Shown: positions 34,358 to 47,673, numbered from the stretch's first letter. The stretch: 64,000 nt of DNA from TPA_inf: Saccharomyces (GCA_000146045.2 BK006938.2:896001-960000), one strand, 5' to 3'. The notes: a model not told the origin generated them from the letters alone. Numbers and translations are program-made.

Positions 34358-34954
34358 ATTTGCGTGTGTGAATATATATTATATATATATACGCTTGCGG
34401 GTAGGAAGAAACAATTAAATATTTGGCTTGAGAGTTGAAAAGAAAGAGATCAAGAAAAGGGAATTGTTGAATAAAAATTTGAAAAATGCGAAGTTGAAGT
34501 GCCATAGAAGAGAAACAGCCCACACAGGGGAGAAGCCCACTGGAAAGGGGGCACTGACCAACTTTAAATAGGAAACAGAAGATACCACAAGCCAGCGATA
34601 CAACAGCACCAAACACCGAAAAGAATAGCCAAAGCTGTCCTCTGGTGTTGGAAAAACTGGAAAAAACGCAACTGCGTTGGCTGCTACGGTGAAAAATTTT
34701 CCTATGACTTTTTTCACTGCTTGTTCGTGCGAAATTACCGCAAACCCGGTAAAATGTACACGTATCAAGTGATAAACAATTTCGTGTCAAGTGAGCAGAA
34801 TGGAGCGATTTGGAAAAAAAAAATTTTTATTGTTTTTTCCCCCGGGATTTTGCTCGAGATGACTGAAATTTTGTAATCGATGAGTCTATACCAGAGGCAG
34901 CAAATATCACCAACATACACAGGTATACACAATCTCATGTCCACACACACGTAC

Positions 34955-34986
34955 AGACACGCACATATATATATATATATATATAT
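34955..34986. repeat. (AT)~15 microsatellite preceded by a CA-rich run, in the RTN1-LYS4 intergenic region
   Basis: cacacacacgtacagacacgcac followed by atatatatatatatatatatat. Confidence 0.9.
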
Positions 34987-35128
34987 CCCCATAGGTATTT
35001 ATATATACAAAAGAATCCTCGTGTGTTTGTGTGTGCAATAGCTAGTTTTGCGCTGCCTCTTATAGTAGACAATATCACTTTTTCAATAAAATAGAACTTG
35101 CAAGGAAACAAAATTGTATCGCTTCAAG

Positions 35129-37210
35129 ATGCTACGATCAACCACATTTACTCGTTCGTTCCACAGTTCTAGGGCCTGGTTGAAAGGTCAGAACCTAACT
35201 GAAAAAATTGTTCAGTCGTATGCGGTCAACCTTCCCGAGGGTAAAGTTGTGCATTCTGGTGACTATGTATCGATCAAGCCGGCACACTGTATGTCCCACG
35301 ATAATTCGTGGCCTGTAGCTTTGAAATTCATGGGGCTTGGCGCTACCAAGATCAAGAATCCTTCACAGATTGTGACCACTCTGGACCACGATATTCAGAA
35401 CAAATCAGAGAAAAATTTGACCAAGTACAAGAACATCGAAAATTTTGCTAAGAAACACCATATAGACCACTACCCTGCCGGTAGAGGTATTGGTCATCAA
35501 ATTATGATTGAGGAGGGCTATGCTTTCCCCTTGAACATGACTGTCGCATCTGACTCGCATTCAAACACCTACGGTGGTCTGGGGTCGCTGGGCACTCCAA
35601 TAGTGAGAACAGACGCTGCAGCCATATGGGCCACGGGACAGACGTGGTGGCAGATCCCACCAGTGGCTCAGGTTGAGTTGAAAGGTCAATTGCCTCAGGG
35701 TGTTTCCGGAAAAGATATCATTGTCGCATTATGTGGGCTTTTCAACAATGATCAAGTTCTAAATCACGCCATTGAATTCACGGGTGACTCTTTGAATGCA
35801 TTGCCTATCGATCACAGACTCACTATTGCTAACATGACCACCGAGTGGGGGGCTCTTTCTGGTTTGTTCCCCGTGGACAAAACTTTGATCGACTGGTATA
35901 AAAACCGTTTGCAAAAGCTGGGCACCAATAATCATCCAAGGATTAATCCAAAGACTATCCGCGCACTAGAAGAAAAGGCGAAGATTCCGAAAGCAGACAA
36001 GGATGCACATTATGCCAAGAAACTGATCATCGATCTAGCCACGCTAACTCACTACGTCTCAGGTCCAAATAGTGTTAAGGTCTCCAACACCGTGCAAGAT
36101 CTATCTCAACAAGACATCAAGATAAATAAAGCTTATCTAGTGTCATGTACAAACTCCCGTCTATCTGATTTGCAATCTGCAGCGGATGTGGTTTGTCCTA
36201 CTGGAGACTTAAACAAAGTCAACAAGGTGGCTCCAGGTGTGGAGTTCTATGTCGCTGCTGCCTCTTCAGAAATTGAGGCTGATGCCCGTAAATCAGGCGC
36301 TTGGGAAAAGCTGCTAAAGGCTGGCTGTATCCCACTGCCTTCTGGTTGTGGTCCATGCATCGGTCTAGGTGCGGGATTACTGGAACCAGGTGAAGTTGGT
36401 ATCAGTGCCACAAACAGAAACTTCAAAGGTAGAATGGGTTCCAAGGATGCATTGGCTTACTTAGCTTCCCCTGCTGTAGTCGCCGCTTCTGCCGTGCTGG
36501 GTAAGATTAGTTCTCCTGCTGAGGTATTGTCCACAAGCGAAATTCCATTCAGCGGCGTTAAGACTGAGATAATTGAGAATCCCGTGGTTGAAGAGGAAGT
36601 TAACGCTCAAACAGAGGCTCCAAAACAATCCGTTGAGATATTAGAAGGTTTCCCAAGAGAGTTTTCTGGTGAATTAGTTTTATGTGATGCCGATAACATC
36701 AATACCGATGGTATATATCCTGGTAAGTACACTTATCAGGATGATGTGCCTAAAGAAAAGATGGCGCAAGTTTGTATGGAAAATTATGATGCCGAGTTCA
36801 GAACCAAGGTTCATCCAGGTGATATAGTGGTCAGTGGGTTCAATTTCGGTACCGGTTCCTCCAGGGAACAAGCGGCCACCGCCTTATTGGCTAAAGGTAT
36901 CAACTTAGTTGTTTCAGGATCTTTTGGTAATATTTTTTCAAGAAACTCCATTAACAATGCTCTTCTGACCTTGGAAATCCCAGCATTAATCAAAAAATTA
37001 CGTGAGAAATATCAAGGTGCTCCAAAAGAACTTACAAGAAGAACTGGTTGGTTTTTGAAATGGGATGTAGCTGATGCTAAAGTGGTCGTTACCGAAGGTT
37101 CTTTGGACGGCCCTGTGATCTTGGAGCAAAAAGTGGGTGAGCTAGGTAAGAACCTACAAGAAATTATTGTAAAAGGAGGCTTGGAAGGTTGGGTCAAATC
37201 CCAACTATAA
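35129..37210 (+). CDS. LYS4: LYS4 homoaconitase (mitochondrial), 693 aa
   Basis: Aconitase-family Fe-S cluster Cys ligands (e.g. [12 protein letters not shown]) and a C-terminal swivel domain. ATG at 35129; the track start at 35114 is TTG. Confidence 0.9.
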
Positions 37211-37503
37211 TGTGCATAAATATCTAGAAAAATCGCACCCTTTTCTTTATTTATTAAGTTTATTTATTTATTTACGGTTATTCACGTATATTTTGTTAAT
37301 CTATTGATACACAAGTTCTTATTTGTAATTTTTCTACTTCTTTTCATTAAATTTCAAAGATGCTCTTGTGACGTCCAAAACCAGTGTCTGACCTAAAGCC
37401 CGTGGGAAAAACAACGTAAATTTCTACATAAAAAAGTCAAGTAGGCGCTCGAAAGAGTTTCAGAAAATACCCAGCTGACCATTAACTGAAGTAGCAAACA
37501 TCT

Positions 37504-39138
37504 ATGGATAAATATACTGCTTTGATTCACGATGAGAATTTTTCAACTCTTACATTGAATGTCTCGAGATACCCTAAAAGTTTGGCATATTGGGAGAAGT
37601 TACTGAACTATATAGTAAAGGCTTCGGCACCAATATGCAAGTCCACTGAGCCTCAATTATTAAAGTTAATACGATGTACTTATTCTTCTATGCTGAATGA
37701 GTTTCCCTATCTAGAAAACTACTATATCGACTTCGCGCTACTGGAATACAAACTAGGGAATGTTTCTATGTCTCATAAGATATTTCAGCGCGGATTGCAA
37801 GCCTTTAACCAAAGATCTTTACTATTATGGACTTCATATTTAAAGTTTTGTAATAACGTTATCTCACACCAGAAGCAGTTGTTTAAAAAATATGAAACAG
37901 CTGAAGAATATGTTGGTTTGCATTTTTTCAGTGGGGAATTCTGGGATTTATACCTGGAACAAATTAGCTCAAGATGTACGTCTTCTAAGAAATATTGGAA
38001 CGTTTTGAGGAAGATACTCGAAATTCCTTTACACTCTTTTTCGAAATTTTATGCATTATGGTTACAGCGCATAGACGATATAATGGACCTAAAGCAATTA
38101 TCACAACTAACAAGTAAAGATGAATTATTGAAGAAACTCAAGATAGACATCAATTACAGTGGAAGAAAGGGACCGTACCTGCAGGATGCAAAGAAAAAGT
38201 TGAAGAAAATAACGAAGGAAATGTACATGGTTGTACAATATCAAGTACTTGAAATCTATTCCATTTTTGAATCAAAAATTTATATCAACTATTATACATC
38301 GCCAGAAACCTTGGTTTCTTCAGATGAAATAGAAACATGGATAAAATACTTGGATTATACCATCACCTTACAAACAGATTCTTTAACACATTTAAATTTT
38401 CAAAGAGCTTTACTTCCTCTGGCCCATTATGATCTTGTATGGATAAAATACAGTAAATGGTTGATAAATTCAAAAAATGACCTTTTGGGGGCAAAAAACG
38501 TTCTATTAATGGGTCTTAAATTTTCTTTGAAGAAGACCGAAATAATAAAACTACTGTATTCAGTTATTTGCAAGTTAAATGAGTACGTACTTTTGCGAAA
38601 TCTATTGGAAAAAATTGAGTCCTCATATTCCGACAATGTTGAAAACGTTGATGATTTTGAGATATTTTGGGACTATCTTCAGTTCAAAACGTTCTGCCAG
38701 AATTCTCTGTATTCCAGTCGATATTCTGATTCACAATCAAACGGGCTTTTGAATAAGGAGCTGTTTGATAAAGTATGGAAACGTTTGAGTTGTAAAGAAA
38801 AAAAAAGTGGTCAAGAAATTTTATTGAATAACTTAGTACAGTTTTATTCGAAGGATACCGTAGAATTTGTAGAAAAGAACATATTTCAAAAGATAATAGA
38901 ATTTGGTTGGGAGTACTACCTACAGAACGGTATGTTCTGGAACTGTTATTGCCGTTTAATTTATTTCGACACTTCTAGGTCATATTTGGACAAGAGGCAA
39001 TATATTGTCAGAAAAATATGGCCCCAAATAGACAAAAAATTTGCACAGAGCGTCTTGCCGTCTTTAACAGAATTCTGTGAGTCATACTTCCCAGAGGAGA
39101 TGGATACATTAGAGGAAATGTTTACTGAAGAACCTTAG
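37504..39138 (+). CDS. PRP42: PRP42 U1 snRNP protein (HAT/TPR repeats), 544 aa
   Basis: Repeated W/Y-rich HAT-like helices. Length and position match. Confidence 0.82.
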   Translation: MDKYTALIHDENFSTLTLNVSRYPKSLAYWEKLLNYIVKASAPICKSTEPQLLKLIRCTYSSMLNEFPYLENYYIDFALLEYKLGNVSMSHKIFQRGLQAFNQRSLLLWTSYLKFCNNVISHQKQLFKKYETAEEYVGLHFFSGEFWDLYLEQISSRCTSSKKYWNVLRKILEIPLHSFSKFYALWLQRIDDIMDLKQLSQLTSKDELLKKLKIDINYSGRKGPYLQDAKKKLKKITKEMYMVVQYQVLEIYSIFESKIYINYYTSPETLVSSDEIETWIKYLDYTITLQTDSLTHLNFQRALLPLAHYDLVWIKYSKWLINSKNDLLGAKNVLLMGLKFSLKKTEIIKLLYSVICKLNEYVLLRNLLEKIESSYSDNVENVDDFEIFWDYLQFKTFCQNSLYSSRYSDSQSNGLLNKELFDKVWKRLSCKEKKSGQEILLNNLVQFYSKDTVEFVEKNIFQKIIEFGWEYYLQNGMFWNCYCRLIYFDTSRSYLDKRQYIVRKIWPQIDKKFAQSVLPSLTEFCESYFPEEMDTLEEMFTEEP

Positions 39139-39235
39139 CCAAAAGGCATTGTCATTTATTAAAAGGTATAAATATGTAAATGTATACTTAATGACCGTTA
39201 AGAAAAACTACTAGCCTCATCACTCCCGCAGATCT

Positions 39236-39892
39236 CTATAATTGTTGTTTGAATACTTGATACGGTGGAGTGGCAAGGACAGTCTGCGCAGTCCTAATAT
39301 CGATATTGATGTCTTCGATCAGAGCTTCCTTAGTAGTGTAGTTCAATTCGGGTCTGATATGACCTAAAATATTGAACTTGACCCTGGCCCCATAAAAATC
39401 ATTTTTAAAATCATGTATAATATGTAATTCCATGGTTTTGAAATCATTTCCGTAGAATGGATTTTTCCCAACTGAAAGTACCATAGGAAGTACGGACAAA
39501 TCATCGTTCGCTTCACTTAAATATTGACCGTAATTATAAACCACAGTTCTTCCATCCCGCCTTGTTTCCACCGATAGTTCTTGACCATCAACAGTTTTAA
39601 TGTGAGCAAACCCAAAGTAAACCCCTAAATCCAAATCGTTGATACCTTTAGGTAACTGATTTATAGGTACATTGGCAGTGGGAATACCCAATTCGGCGGA
39701 TCCGCGGCCAAATCCACATACAATGTCACAATAGTCAGTAACAAGCGGGAATGGTGGACCTGGTTGCGCAGGTATTGGCAAATCGACTTCTCGTTTAAAA
39801 GTATCAATTATATCTGTATTCGTATTTCGGTTCATTAAGAAAGTACCTGCTAACACTAGCAATAACGAAACATAAATAGTCCACGTAAACAT
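39236..39892 (-). CDS. FMN1: FMN1 riboflavin kinase, 218 aa
   Basis: Riboflavin kinase motifs (GFGRGSAELGIPTAN ... region). An N-terminal TM anchor follows the ATG at 39890-39892. Confidence 0.85.
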   Translation of the reverse strand: MFTWTIYVSLLLVLAGTFLMNRNTNTDIIDTFKREVDLPIPAQPGPPFPLVTDYCDIVCGFGRGSAELGIPTANVPINQLPKGINDLDLGVYFGFAHIKTVDGQELSVETRRDGRTVVYNYGQYLSEANDDLSVLPMVLSVGKNPFYGNDFKTMELHIIHDFKNDFYGARVKFNILGHIRPELNYTTKEALIEDINIDIRTAQTVLATPPYQVFKQQL

Positions 39893-40575
39893 CAACACTT
39901 CAACAACACGTGTCTGTGACCGCTTCACGGGTCCAAATTACCACTTTCTAGAACATTGTCTTGTACGTCCAATAATAGTGTTACCAATGCTGACAGAGTA
40001 TTAAAGCAACGATTTGAATTGACGCATTACCCTCCTGCATAAAGGACTACAAATACATCCTCTCTTATAACGCAATTGCAACATCTGAAGTGCAGTGTGA
40101 TCAAGATATTCAATTCTCTATTAGAGTAACTTAATCATGTTTCACATGATCAGTATTCATTGTAAAACCTCTTGAGTGTGATTCGTTGCCAACTAACATA
40201 AGCGTGCGGATTCTTTAGAAAGTGGGTGTGCCGACCCTGGGAAAGATTGCATAATGTGAATCCTTAATGACTTACCCATACTCTTCATTAATAACCTATT
40301 TAGAAAAAGAAGAAAGGCTGTTTCGGAGCTCCTTTTGTGCTGTTTGCAAACTGTCTATTTTCGCATCAAGTTTTACCCATCTACTACTTTATTCGCTTTA
40401 CGGTAAAAGCGAACACGACAAAATCACCTATCATCTACGAAGGGCCTTTCGAAAACAGAAGAATAAAAAGACAGGAAAAGCATCTGTTTAGAATTTTATA
40501 ACTAATTTGGGGAGGTATCTGTAAAGTAATAGACAGGACCGGAAATAGTGTAAATACTCTCCTTTGTTTTTTTAG

Positions 40576-41493
<918 letters not shown>

Positions 41494-41894
41494 GAATACA
41501 ATCTCATGGTCCTGGCCAGTTAGCCATGCTCTATGGCAGAAAGGCAAAGGGCATATATAATTTCCCATTCGTCATGTAAATATATAAACTGTACAAGATA
41601 CTATCTCTCTCCATTTTTCAATCATATAGTTCTCTTTGGGGCACTGAGATGTCTACAAATTGTTATAAAATTGGACGTCTCTTACACAACTCACAACTCA
41701 ACTCTGTATAAAGATTTTTAGGAAAGAAAATGTACATAAAAGTGAATACTTGTTTAAAAATGAGAACAAAGATTCCTACGCAATTAAAATCTATTTAAAG
41801 ATTTTCCTTATTTTTTTATTTCTTTTCGAATTTTTTAAGTTTTATTCTTATCTCCTTTGACATTATAACTTACATTGCATCAGCTCAGGGTGGT

Positions 41895-44816
41895 TCAAAC
41901 ATGAGTGAGAGCAAGTTTATTGGTCTTCTTAGCAATCAATGCCACTCTGTCACCTAGGGACAGAGCCAAACCTTGTCCCTTTGATCGGATACGAACATAA
42001 CCTATGACATCATTGGTTTTGGAATCCTTTTCGATACACAAGTTGGCTAGGGCATCTTCACCAAAGGACGACTTCGCATACAGATTACAACTTAAGAACC
42101 TACAATCATCTTCTCCCAACGACTCTGATGGTGTTAGAATACCCATATTAGTTCCCTTGACCAGTTCTCTCAAATAAGCATGCAATGTTGGTAGTTGTGA
42201 TTTGACCGATATTTTGTTCTCCCACTCAAATGCATTCCACATGGTACGGAAATGTTCATCGTCAGCAGTGGCTGGTTTGATATAATCCATAATGTCAACA
42301 TGAACGTCGTTTAAAATAACATAACGAGCATCTTCACCATGCGCACCATCATAAATAATATTACCGAAAATGACACCTGTGTCAGCAGAGGAAACTTTGA
42401 CAGTAACAGTGAATTTGTGGAAGCCATGAGGAATCACGTTGGTCTTCTGTGGTGTGTCAATAATCTTCAAATCACCAAGAGTTGCAAATTGCACATGTAG
42501 GTTTTTCAATGTTTCTTTCGTTTGATTAACAAGAAGAACATCTAATACGACGTCAAATTGATTGTTTGTAATACAAGCCTCGGCGTAAACTGGATCAGAA
42601 AAGCCACATAAAGGTACTATCTTCTTCAGCTTCGAAATACTAGAGCTGCTAGTAGCGTGGATTGCATCTCCTTTCATTGCCAGTTGTAAATCTTCTTCAA
42701 TACTATCTTTTTGCACATTAGTAGAATCCACACCAGCAAATTGCCTGAAAGAAATCGGCGTATCAATTGGTTCGATGTTTTTGCAACTGTCTTTTAATGC
42801 TCTCTTATGCTTGTTCTTCTTTGCAATTTCAATTTGTCTCTTGAATGAGGATTTGGTGGTGTCCAGGAATGCAACCTCCAGAAGTTTAACTTCTTCCTTC
42901 TTTTCCTCAGGATTAACTTCATCCAATAAAATAGAAATAGATGTCATAACTCTCTCTAAAGAATCTTCATCAATTTTTTTCTCCACCAAAGAGCTTTGAC
43001 CCACTCTTACAATACTAACTAAAATTAGTAAAGCTTCCGCCTTTAGAGCATTGATGACAGTTTTGTTCTTGGAAACGTTTTCGAATTTTAAAACAAGTTT
43101 AATGATGGTGTTGGCCAGAATGGCAGCTGTGTAGAAATCACCACTTAAAACAAACCGGCGAATTGGAGGTCTAGAATCACGTTCTTCATCGGTAACTGAC
43201 TTTTGAGAAGTCTTCACATCGAAAGCGCTTTCAGTGGCATACGTACCGTCTGGTAGAATAACTGGACCAGTTGGCTTGGCGGTAGCGTCAACCTCATTTT
43301 CTTCGGTGTGTTCTTGGTTTTGTGTTAACTTTTTGATTTCTGATTGAAGGATAGGAACTTCACCTACGCTGTTACGAATGTGCTTCCAACAATGTTGTAT
43401 CTCACTTTCTCCTTCAGCATACTCACCCATAATCCATAATGCACCGCGGTAAGCTTTAGCAGATCTCACTTTGTCTAGCGTTTGAACCATGTTTTCAAGG
43501 ATATTGGCTCTAAGTTGTGGGTATTTTTCGATCACTTCTTTGATAAAGGCAATGATACCACTGGCGGCAACCGAGTTTAAATCACCGATGAAATCTAATA
43601 ATAGCGAAACAACACTTGCTGCCATTTCTACAAAGTTTACAGCCACGGTACGAATAGTTTTTATTAACAATTGTCTGTACTGCATTGCCTTGTCTTGATC
43701 TGGGTTATTTACGGTTGTTTGCAGCTCTTTCTTCAAAAGCTGAACAACATCTTCAGCATTTCTGGATGTGGCCAAGTCCATTGAAATATCAAGCGCCTTT
43801 GAACGAACGTCTAAATCTTCTGCATTCAAGACTCTCAAAATATCCAGGGTTAACTCTTCCAAAGCACCTACGTTATTAGCATTGATGTCTTGAATACGGT
43901 CTAGAACAATTAACTTAATGTTATTATCAGAAACCTTGACGGCCAAGTCAATCAATTTGTTAACCGCAGGAACCAAGACATTTGGATTGGCAGACAACAC
44001 AGTTAGGGCTAATGCGGTCTCGAAGATGACTTCATCGGAAGTCGTGGTCGAAAGCAGTTCCATCAATAATTCGATATATTGGGCTTTCAAAGCAGGGGTC
44101 CTGTTTGCATCTTGTCTGATAAATTGAACAAAGACAGCTTGTAATAAAGGGTCTAGGTTTTCTATATCAGCAATATTGTTCTCTAAATAGTGTAAGGCAT
44201 TTTCACGATCTAATTCAGCTAACCCAATAAATGCATTTCTTTTACATATTGGATCAGTTTCAGCTACTATGAACGAATTGATGATTTCTTTAGCATCGGG
44301 AAGTAAATGTTCGCTGACCTTGAAAATGGAGAAAACTGCTAGGATTGCATACTTACGAACATATGCATGACGGTATTCCAAGCACGCTAAGACAGAGGGA
44401 ACCATCTGTTCTAAGAGTTCGGCCTCTCTCAATTTCGTTAAAAACCTTAATGTGTTACCTCTAATATATTCATTAGGATGTTGCAAATCGTGTTGAATGG
44501 CATTACAGACAAGAATCATTTCATGTCTCAATTTTCCATCTTCAGCTAGTTTGGGAACAATTTCCCAGTAGAAGTACAAAAGCTTTTTTAATTCCTTATT
44601 TTTAGAAGGCATGACAAATCTTATTATGTGCATCAACAATTCAGGCATTGGATTTCCTTCCAGCATTGTAACTAAAATTGATTTCATCGTGTCAATTTTT
44701 TGTTCATCAGATCCCTTTTCAAGAGCTTTCTGAAAATCGGTACTCGAGTAAGTCTCCATACTCGGAGAAGGATCGAAAACCAACGTGTACGCTGGCTGTG
44801 AAGAAAGTGAAGTCAT
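41895..44816 (-). CDS. SEC26: SEC26 coatomer beta subunit, 973 aa
   Basis: Adaptin-N/HEAT repeat trunk plus a C-terminal appendage. ATG at 44814-44816 gives MTSLSSQPAYTLVFDPS.... Confidence 0.9.
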   Translation of the reverse strand: MTSLSSQPAYTLVFDPSPSMETYSSTDFQKALEKGSDEQKIDTMKSILVTMLEGNPMPELLMHIIRFVMPSKNKELKKLLYFYWEIVPKLAEDGKLRHEMILVCNAIQHDLQHPNEYIRGNTLRFLTKLREAELLEQMVPSVLACLEYRHAYVRKYAILAVFSIFKVSEHLLPDAKEIINSFIVAETDPICKRNAFIGLAELDRENALHYLENNIADIENLDPLLQAVFVQFIRQDANRTPALKAQYIELLMELLSTTTSDEVIFETALALTVLSANPNVLVPAVNKLIDLAVKVSDNNIKLIVLDRIQDINANNVGALEELTLDILRVLNAEDLDVRSKALDISMDLATSRNAEDVVQLLKKELQTTVNNPDQDKAMQYRQLLIKTIRTVAVNFVEMAASVVSLLLDFIGDLNSVAASGIIAFIKEVIEKYPQLRANILENMVQTLDKVRSAKAYRGALWIMGEYAEGESEIQHCWKHIRNSVGEVPILQSEIKKLTQNQEHTEENEVDATAKPTGPVILPDGTYATESAFDVKTSQKSVTDEERDSRPPIRRFVLSGDFYTAAILANTIIKLVLKFENVSKNKTVINALKAEALLILVSIVRVGQSSLVEKKIDEDSLERVMTSISILLDEVNPEEKKEEVKLLEVAFLDTTKSSFKRQIEIAKKNKHKRALKDSCKNIEPIDTPISFRQFAGVDSTNVQKDSIEEDLQLAMKGDAIHATSSSSISKLKKIVPLCGFSDPVYAEACITNNQFDVVLDVLLVNQTKETLKNLHVQFATLGDLKIIDTPQKTNVIPHGFHKFTVTVKVSSADTGVIFGNIIYDGAHGEDARYVILNDVHVDIMDYIKPATADDEHFRTMWNAFEWENKISVKSQLPTLHAYLRELVKGTNMGILTPSESLGEDDCRFLSCNLYAKSSFGEDALANLCIEKDSKTNDVIGYVRIRSKGQGLALSLGDRVALIAKKTNKLALTHV

Positions 44817-45056
44817 AGGTGCACTCTTGTTCAATAGTTAACTGTGATTACTTTTGTTTATTCTCAAGGCAATCTTAACTGAGTCTTAATGAACGTCAAA
44901 TTTCACTTGTCGAGCTGTTGTTTTCTGATTTCTTTCTACGTGTAGCGAGTACACGGAAAGAAAAAAAAAACGAAGTGATAAGCTGGGTAATACTTTTCTA
45001 AAATGCTGTTCCATAAACGTACATATATGACATCTACAAAACTACAGAGAAGGATA

Positions 45057-47420
45057 TCATTCTGGGTCTGAATCAGGGTTTGCCACACGCAAGCCATGCC
45101 CCAGAGAATAGCTGAGGTCTACCACATCAGAGTTCGTTGTGGAGACAGAGTCCTGACGCGATATATTACTTCTAGCATTAGCATCACGATAATCTTGAAG
45201 AGAGATATGTGTAGGAAGCTTTTGTCTGTTCACGTAATCATTATCCAGTGTTCCACTTCTCATTCTGTTCTGAGACCTTGTGTAGTAGCTGACTACCGTG
45301 TTAGATCTTGACACGGAATCAACAGAACCGTTTTGCCCTCTTTTTTCTCGTAAAGGCGCCATTATATCATCACTGTTATATGCTTCATCACCGGGTATGT
45401 CCTTGAGGTAGTCTTCGGCTTGTTCTGCGTCAGTGCCTTCTTTTTTTGAAATAGAGCCAGTTTCATTTTCCTTCCCTAACAATTTATGGAATTCCTTTGT
45501 GTGGTCAACATTGATTTTATTTTTCAGCCCTGTAGCGGTTCCATCTGATTCTTCATTTCTTGTCTCCAACGCCAGTAATTTCTGTTTAACTTTACCATGC
45601 TTGATACCAATTTGCTTAGAACTTGTCCTCAACTTGACCTTAATATTCTTGGGTTGAATCAAATTATTTTTTTGTTTTAGAGCAACCGGCAAGTTAGGAG
45701 GCGCTTGTAAAAAGTTAGAAGTCTTGTAATACTTTAGTCGCAGTTCTTCTACGTAACTAGAAACCAAAGGCACGGACTTTTCCGATTTGTTCGATACGAC
45801 AGATGTTAACGGTGAACATTTGACAGATCTTTCGCTTGGGGCATCATGTACCGGATTTGGTAAATCCACCGTTGCAGGGATAGTAACTGTGTGTTCATTG
45901 AACGAGTGAGCAGCCGGCACTAAACTTTCTGAAATGGAGTTTAAACTGTTTAACTCGGATGTTTTATTTGATGATTTTGTGTTTCCGTTTGAGTCAAGAG
46001 CAGCCAAAACAGTTGATTTAGAGCCTTTTGATATAGAAAGTCCTGACTGGCTAGAGAAGTTTGACTTGGCATCATACTCACCAGATGATGCAGTGTCAAA
46101 AGAATGCTTGTCGGTTAGACTGCCCGTATCGTTTACACTATTTAAATAGAAACTAGGGCGATCTTCATTAACCACCCTAAATATTCTACGATGACTTGGT
46201 AACTCAGGCTCTTGTGTTGAGACGTCATTTTTTATAGATGAGCCTTGATCACTTGCGTAATTTATAAATGCTTTACTTTCACTATCCACAAAACCTTTTT
46301 CCTGAAGACCATCATCATCATCCTCGTTGGAAGAACCGCTATCAATCTCATTAGTTATCCGCAGAGGCTTTCTGGCGCTTGCAATACTTCCATCACTCCC
46401 AAGGTGCTCATTTGATTTATATGCAAAATCAAAATGTGCAGCTTTAAAACCACTAGATTCGTCTTTAGAAACTTGCTGAAGGCTTTTGGTGGATTTACCA
46501 CTAGCCGATGTACTAAAGGAAAATTTATCATCCCCATCATCCAGATTCGAAGAAAATTCTTTTAGATGATCTGATTGTACTAAATTTCCGTTACTTGCTT
46601 TATTTACTTCTTCATTATCCACAATAAGTGGTTTTACGTAGCTTAAGGAACTCTCCGCGCTGACATTTCTCAAAATGGGAGCTTCCATGACATCTACTGG
46701 CAACTTATCTTGCGATGCTTTAGTATCTGAGTTTTCAGACGTGTCTAGGGATAGTGAGCTACCGGAACTTACCTTGTGTTCATTAATGTAATTTTCAATA
46801 TCATCTACCAACTTTTCTGCTTCTGAACGCTGCCGCCTATGTTGATTGTGGGTGGATGAGATTGCAATACTATCCCGCTCAGAATCATTATTACTCTCTA
46901 TTTCTTCCTTAGTAGTATTGTTGCTTATTGACGTTGTTATTGACTTCATGTCCATAGGCGGTGGTGGAGGCCTCGAACGTTTTATCTTGGAGAAATGTGC
47001 ATTTGAATTTGCGCTTGTTGTGAAGGGGTTGGTTCTCTGCCCAATGATGTTGTTTTCTTGTAAATATTCAATTCCTTTGTGATCGTTTCCTGACGCTTCC
47101 TTGGACTGTGTTAATTCAAGAGAATCTCCTAAGGTATCCTCAGCATTCAAAAATGGATTAGTATTCTTTAATGTTTCCTTTTGTAATGGTGCCTGGATAG
47201 AATGGCTCCTGCTATGAGCATTCCTATTTGGACTTCTTGGCGGTATATCAGGGGCAGAAGTTTCAGCCGTCGAAGTTCGTGCGATATTTGTTGATTTCTT
47301 TATTGTAGAGGGCACCGATGGCTTTCTAACGGATTTTTCAGAGTCATTGTTTTTACTTTCAGAACCAAACCGAAAAAAAGACCTTCGTTTACCTTTATTG
47401 TTGCTAAAGCCATCAAACAT
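45057..47420 (-). CDS. YDR239C, uncharacterised Ser-rich protein, 787 aa
   Basis: A long Ser/Asn-rich low-complexity ORF. Position between SEC26 and SNU56. The first track codon is GTG; the ATG is at 47418-47420. Confidence 0.75.
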   Translation of the reverse strand: MFDGFSNNKGKRRSFFRFGSESKNNDSEKSVRKPSVPSTIKKSTNIARTSTAETSAPDIPPRSPNRNAHSRSHSIQAPLQKETLKNTNPFLNAEDTLGDSLELTQSKEASGNDHKGIEYLQENNIIGQRTNPFTTSANSNAHFSKIKRSRPPPPPMDMKSITTSISNNTTKEEIESNNDSERDSIAISSTHNQHRRQRSEAEKLVDDIENYINEHKVSSGSSLSLDTSENSDTKASQDKLPVDVMEAPILRNVSAESSLSYVKPLIVDNEEVNKASNGNLVQSDHLKEFSSNLDDGDDKFSFSTSASGKSTKSLQQVSKDESSGFKAAHFDFAYKSNEHLGSDGSIASARKPLRITNEIDSGSSNEDDDDGLQEKGFVDSESKAFINYASDQGSSIKNDVSTQEPELPSHRRIFRVVNEDRPSFYLNSVNDTGSLTDKHSFDTASSGEYDAKSNFSSQSGLSISKGSKSTVLAALDSNGNTKSSNKTSELNSLNSISESLVPAAHSFNEHTVTIPATVDLPNPVHDAPSERSVKCSPLTSVVSNKSEKSVPLVSSYVEELRLKYYKTSNFLQAPPNLPVALKQKNNLIQPKNIKVKLRTSSKQIGIKHGKVKQKLLALETRNEESDGTATGLKNKINVDHTKEFHKLLGKENETGSISKKEGTDAEQAEDYLKDIPGDEAYNSDDIMAPLREKRGQNGSVDSVSRSNTVVSYYTRSQNRMRSGTLDNDYVNRQKLPTHISLQDYRDANARSNISRQDSVSTTNSDVVDLSYSLGHGLRVANPDSDPE

Positions 47421-47673
47421 CACTGTATTATTAGACTTTACCTGTAGACTCCTTCAAAACCTGTAATTCGCTTTGCAGAACATGCTATTTCAACATTTTC
47501 CCTCTTAAACTTTTGCCAAATAATAATAGTGCGCTCTTTGAATCCGCGATGACATTTGAAAGAAAACATTAAATTAAACTATCGCTTTGCATACGGAGCA
47601 AATGCCATGAAAGAGAAAAAATAACCAAAAGGTTTTTTAAATATATCTATACACCTCCACTGTTATATGCGAC

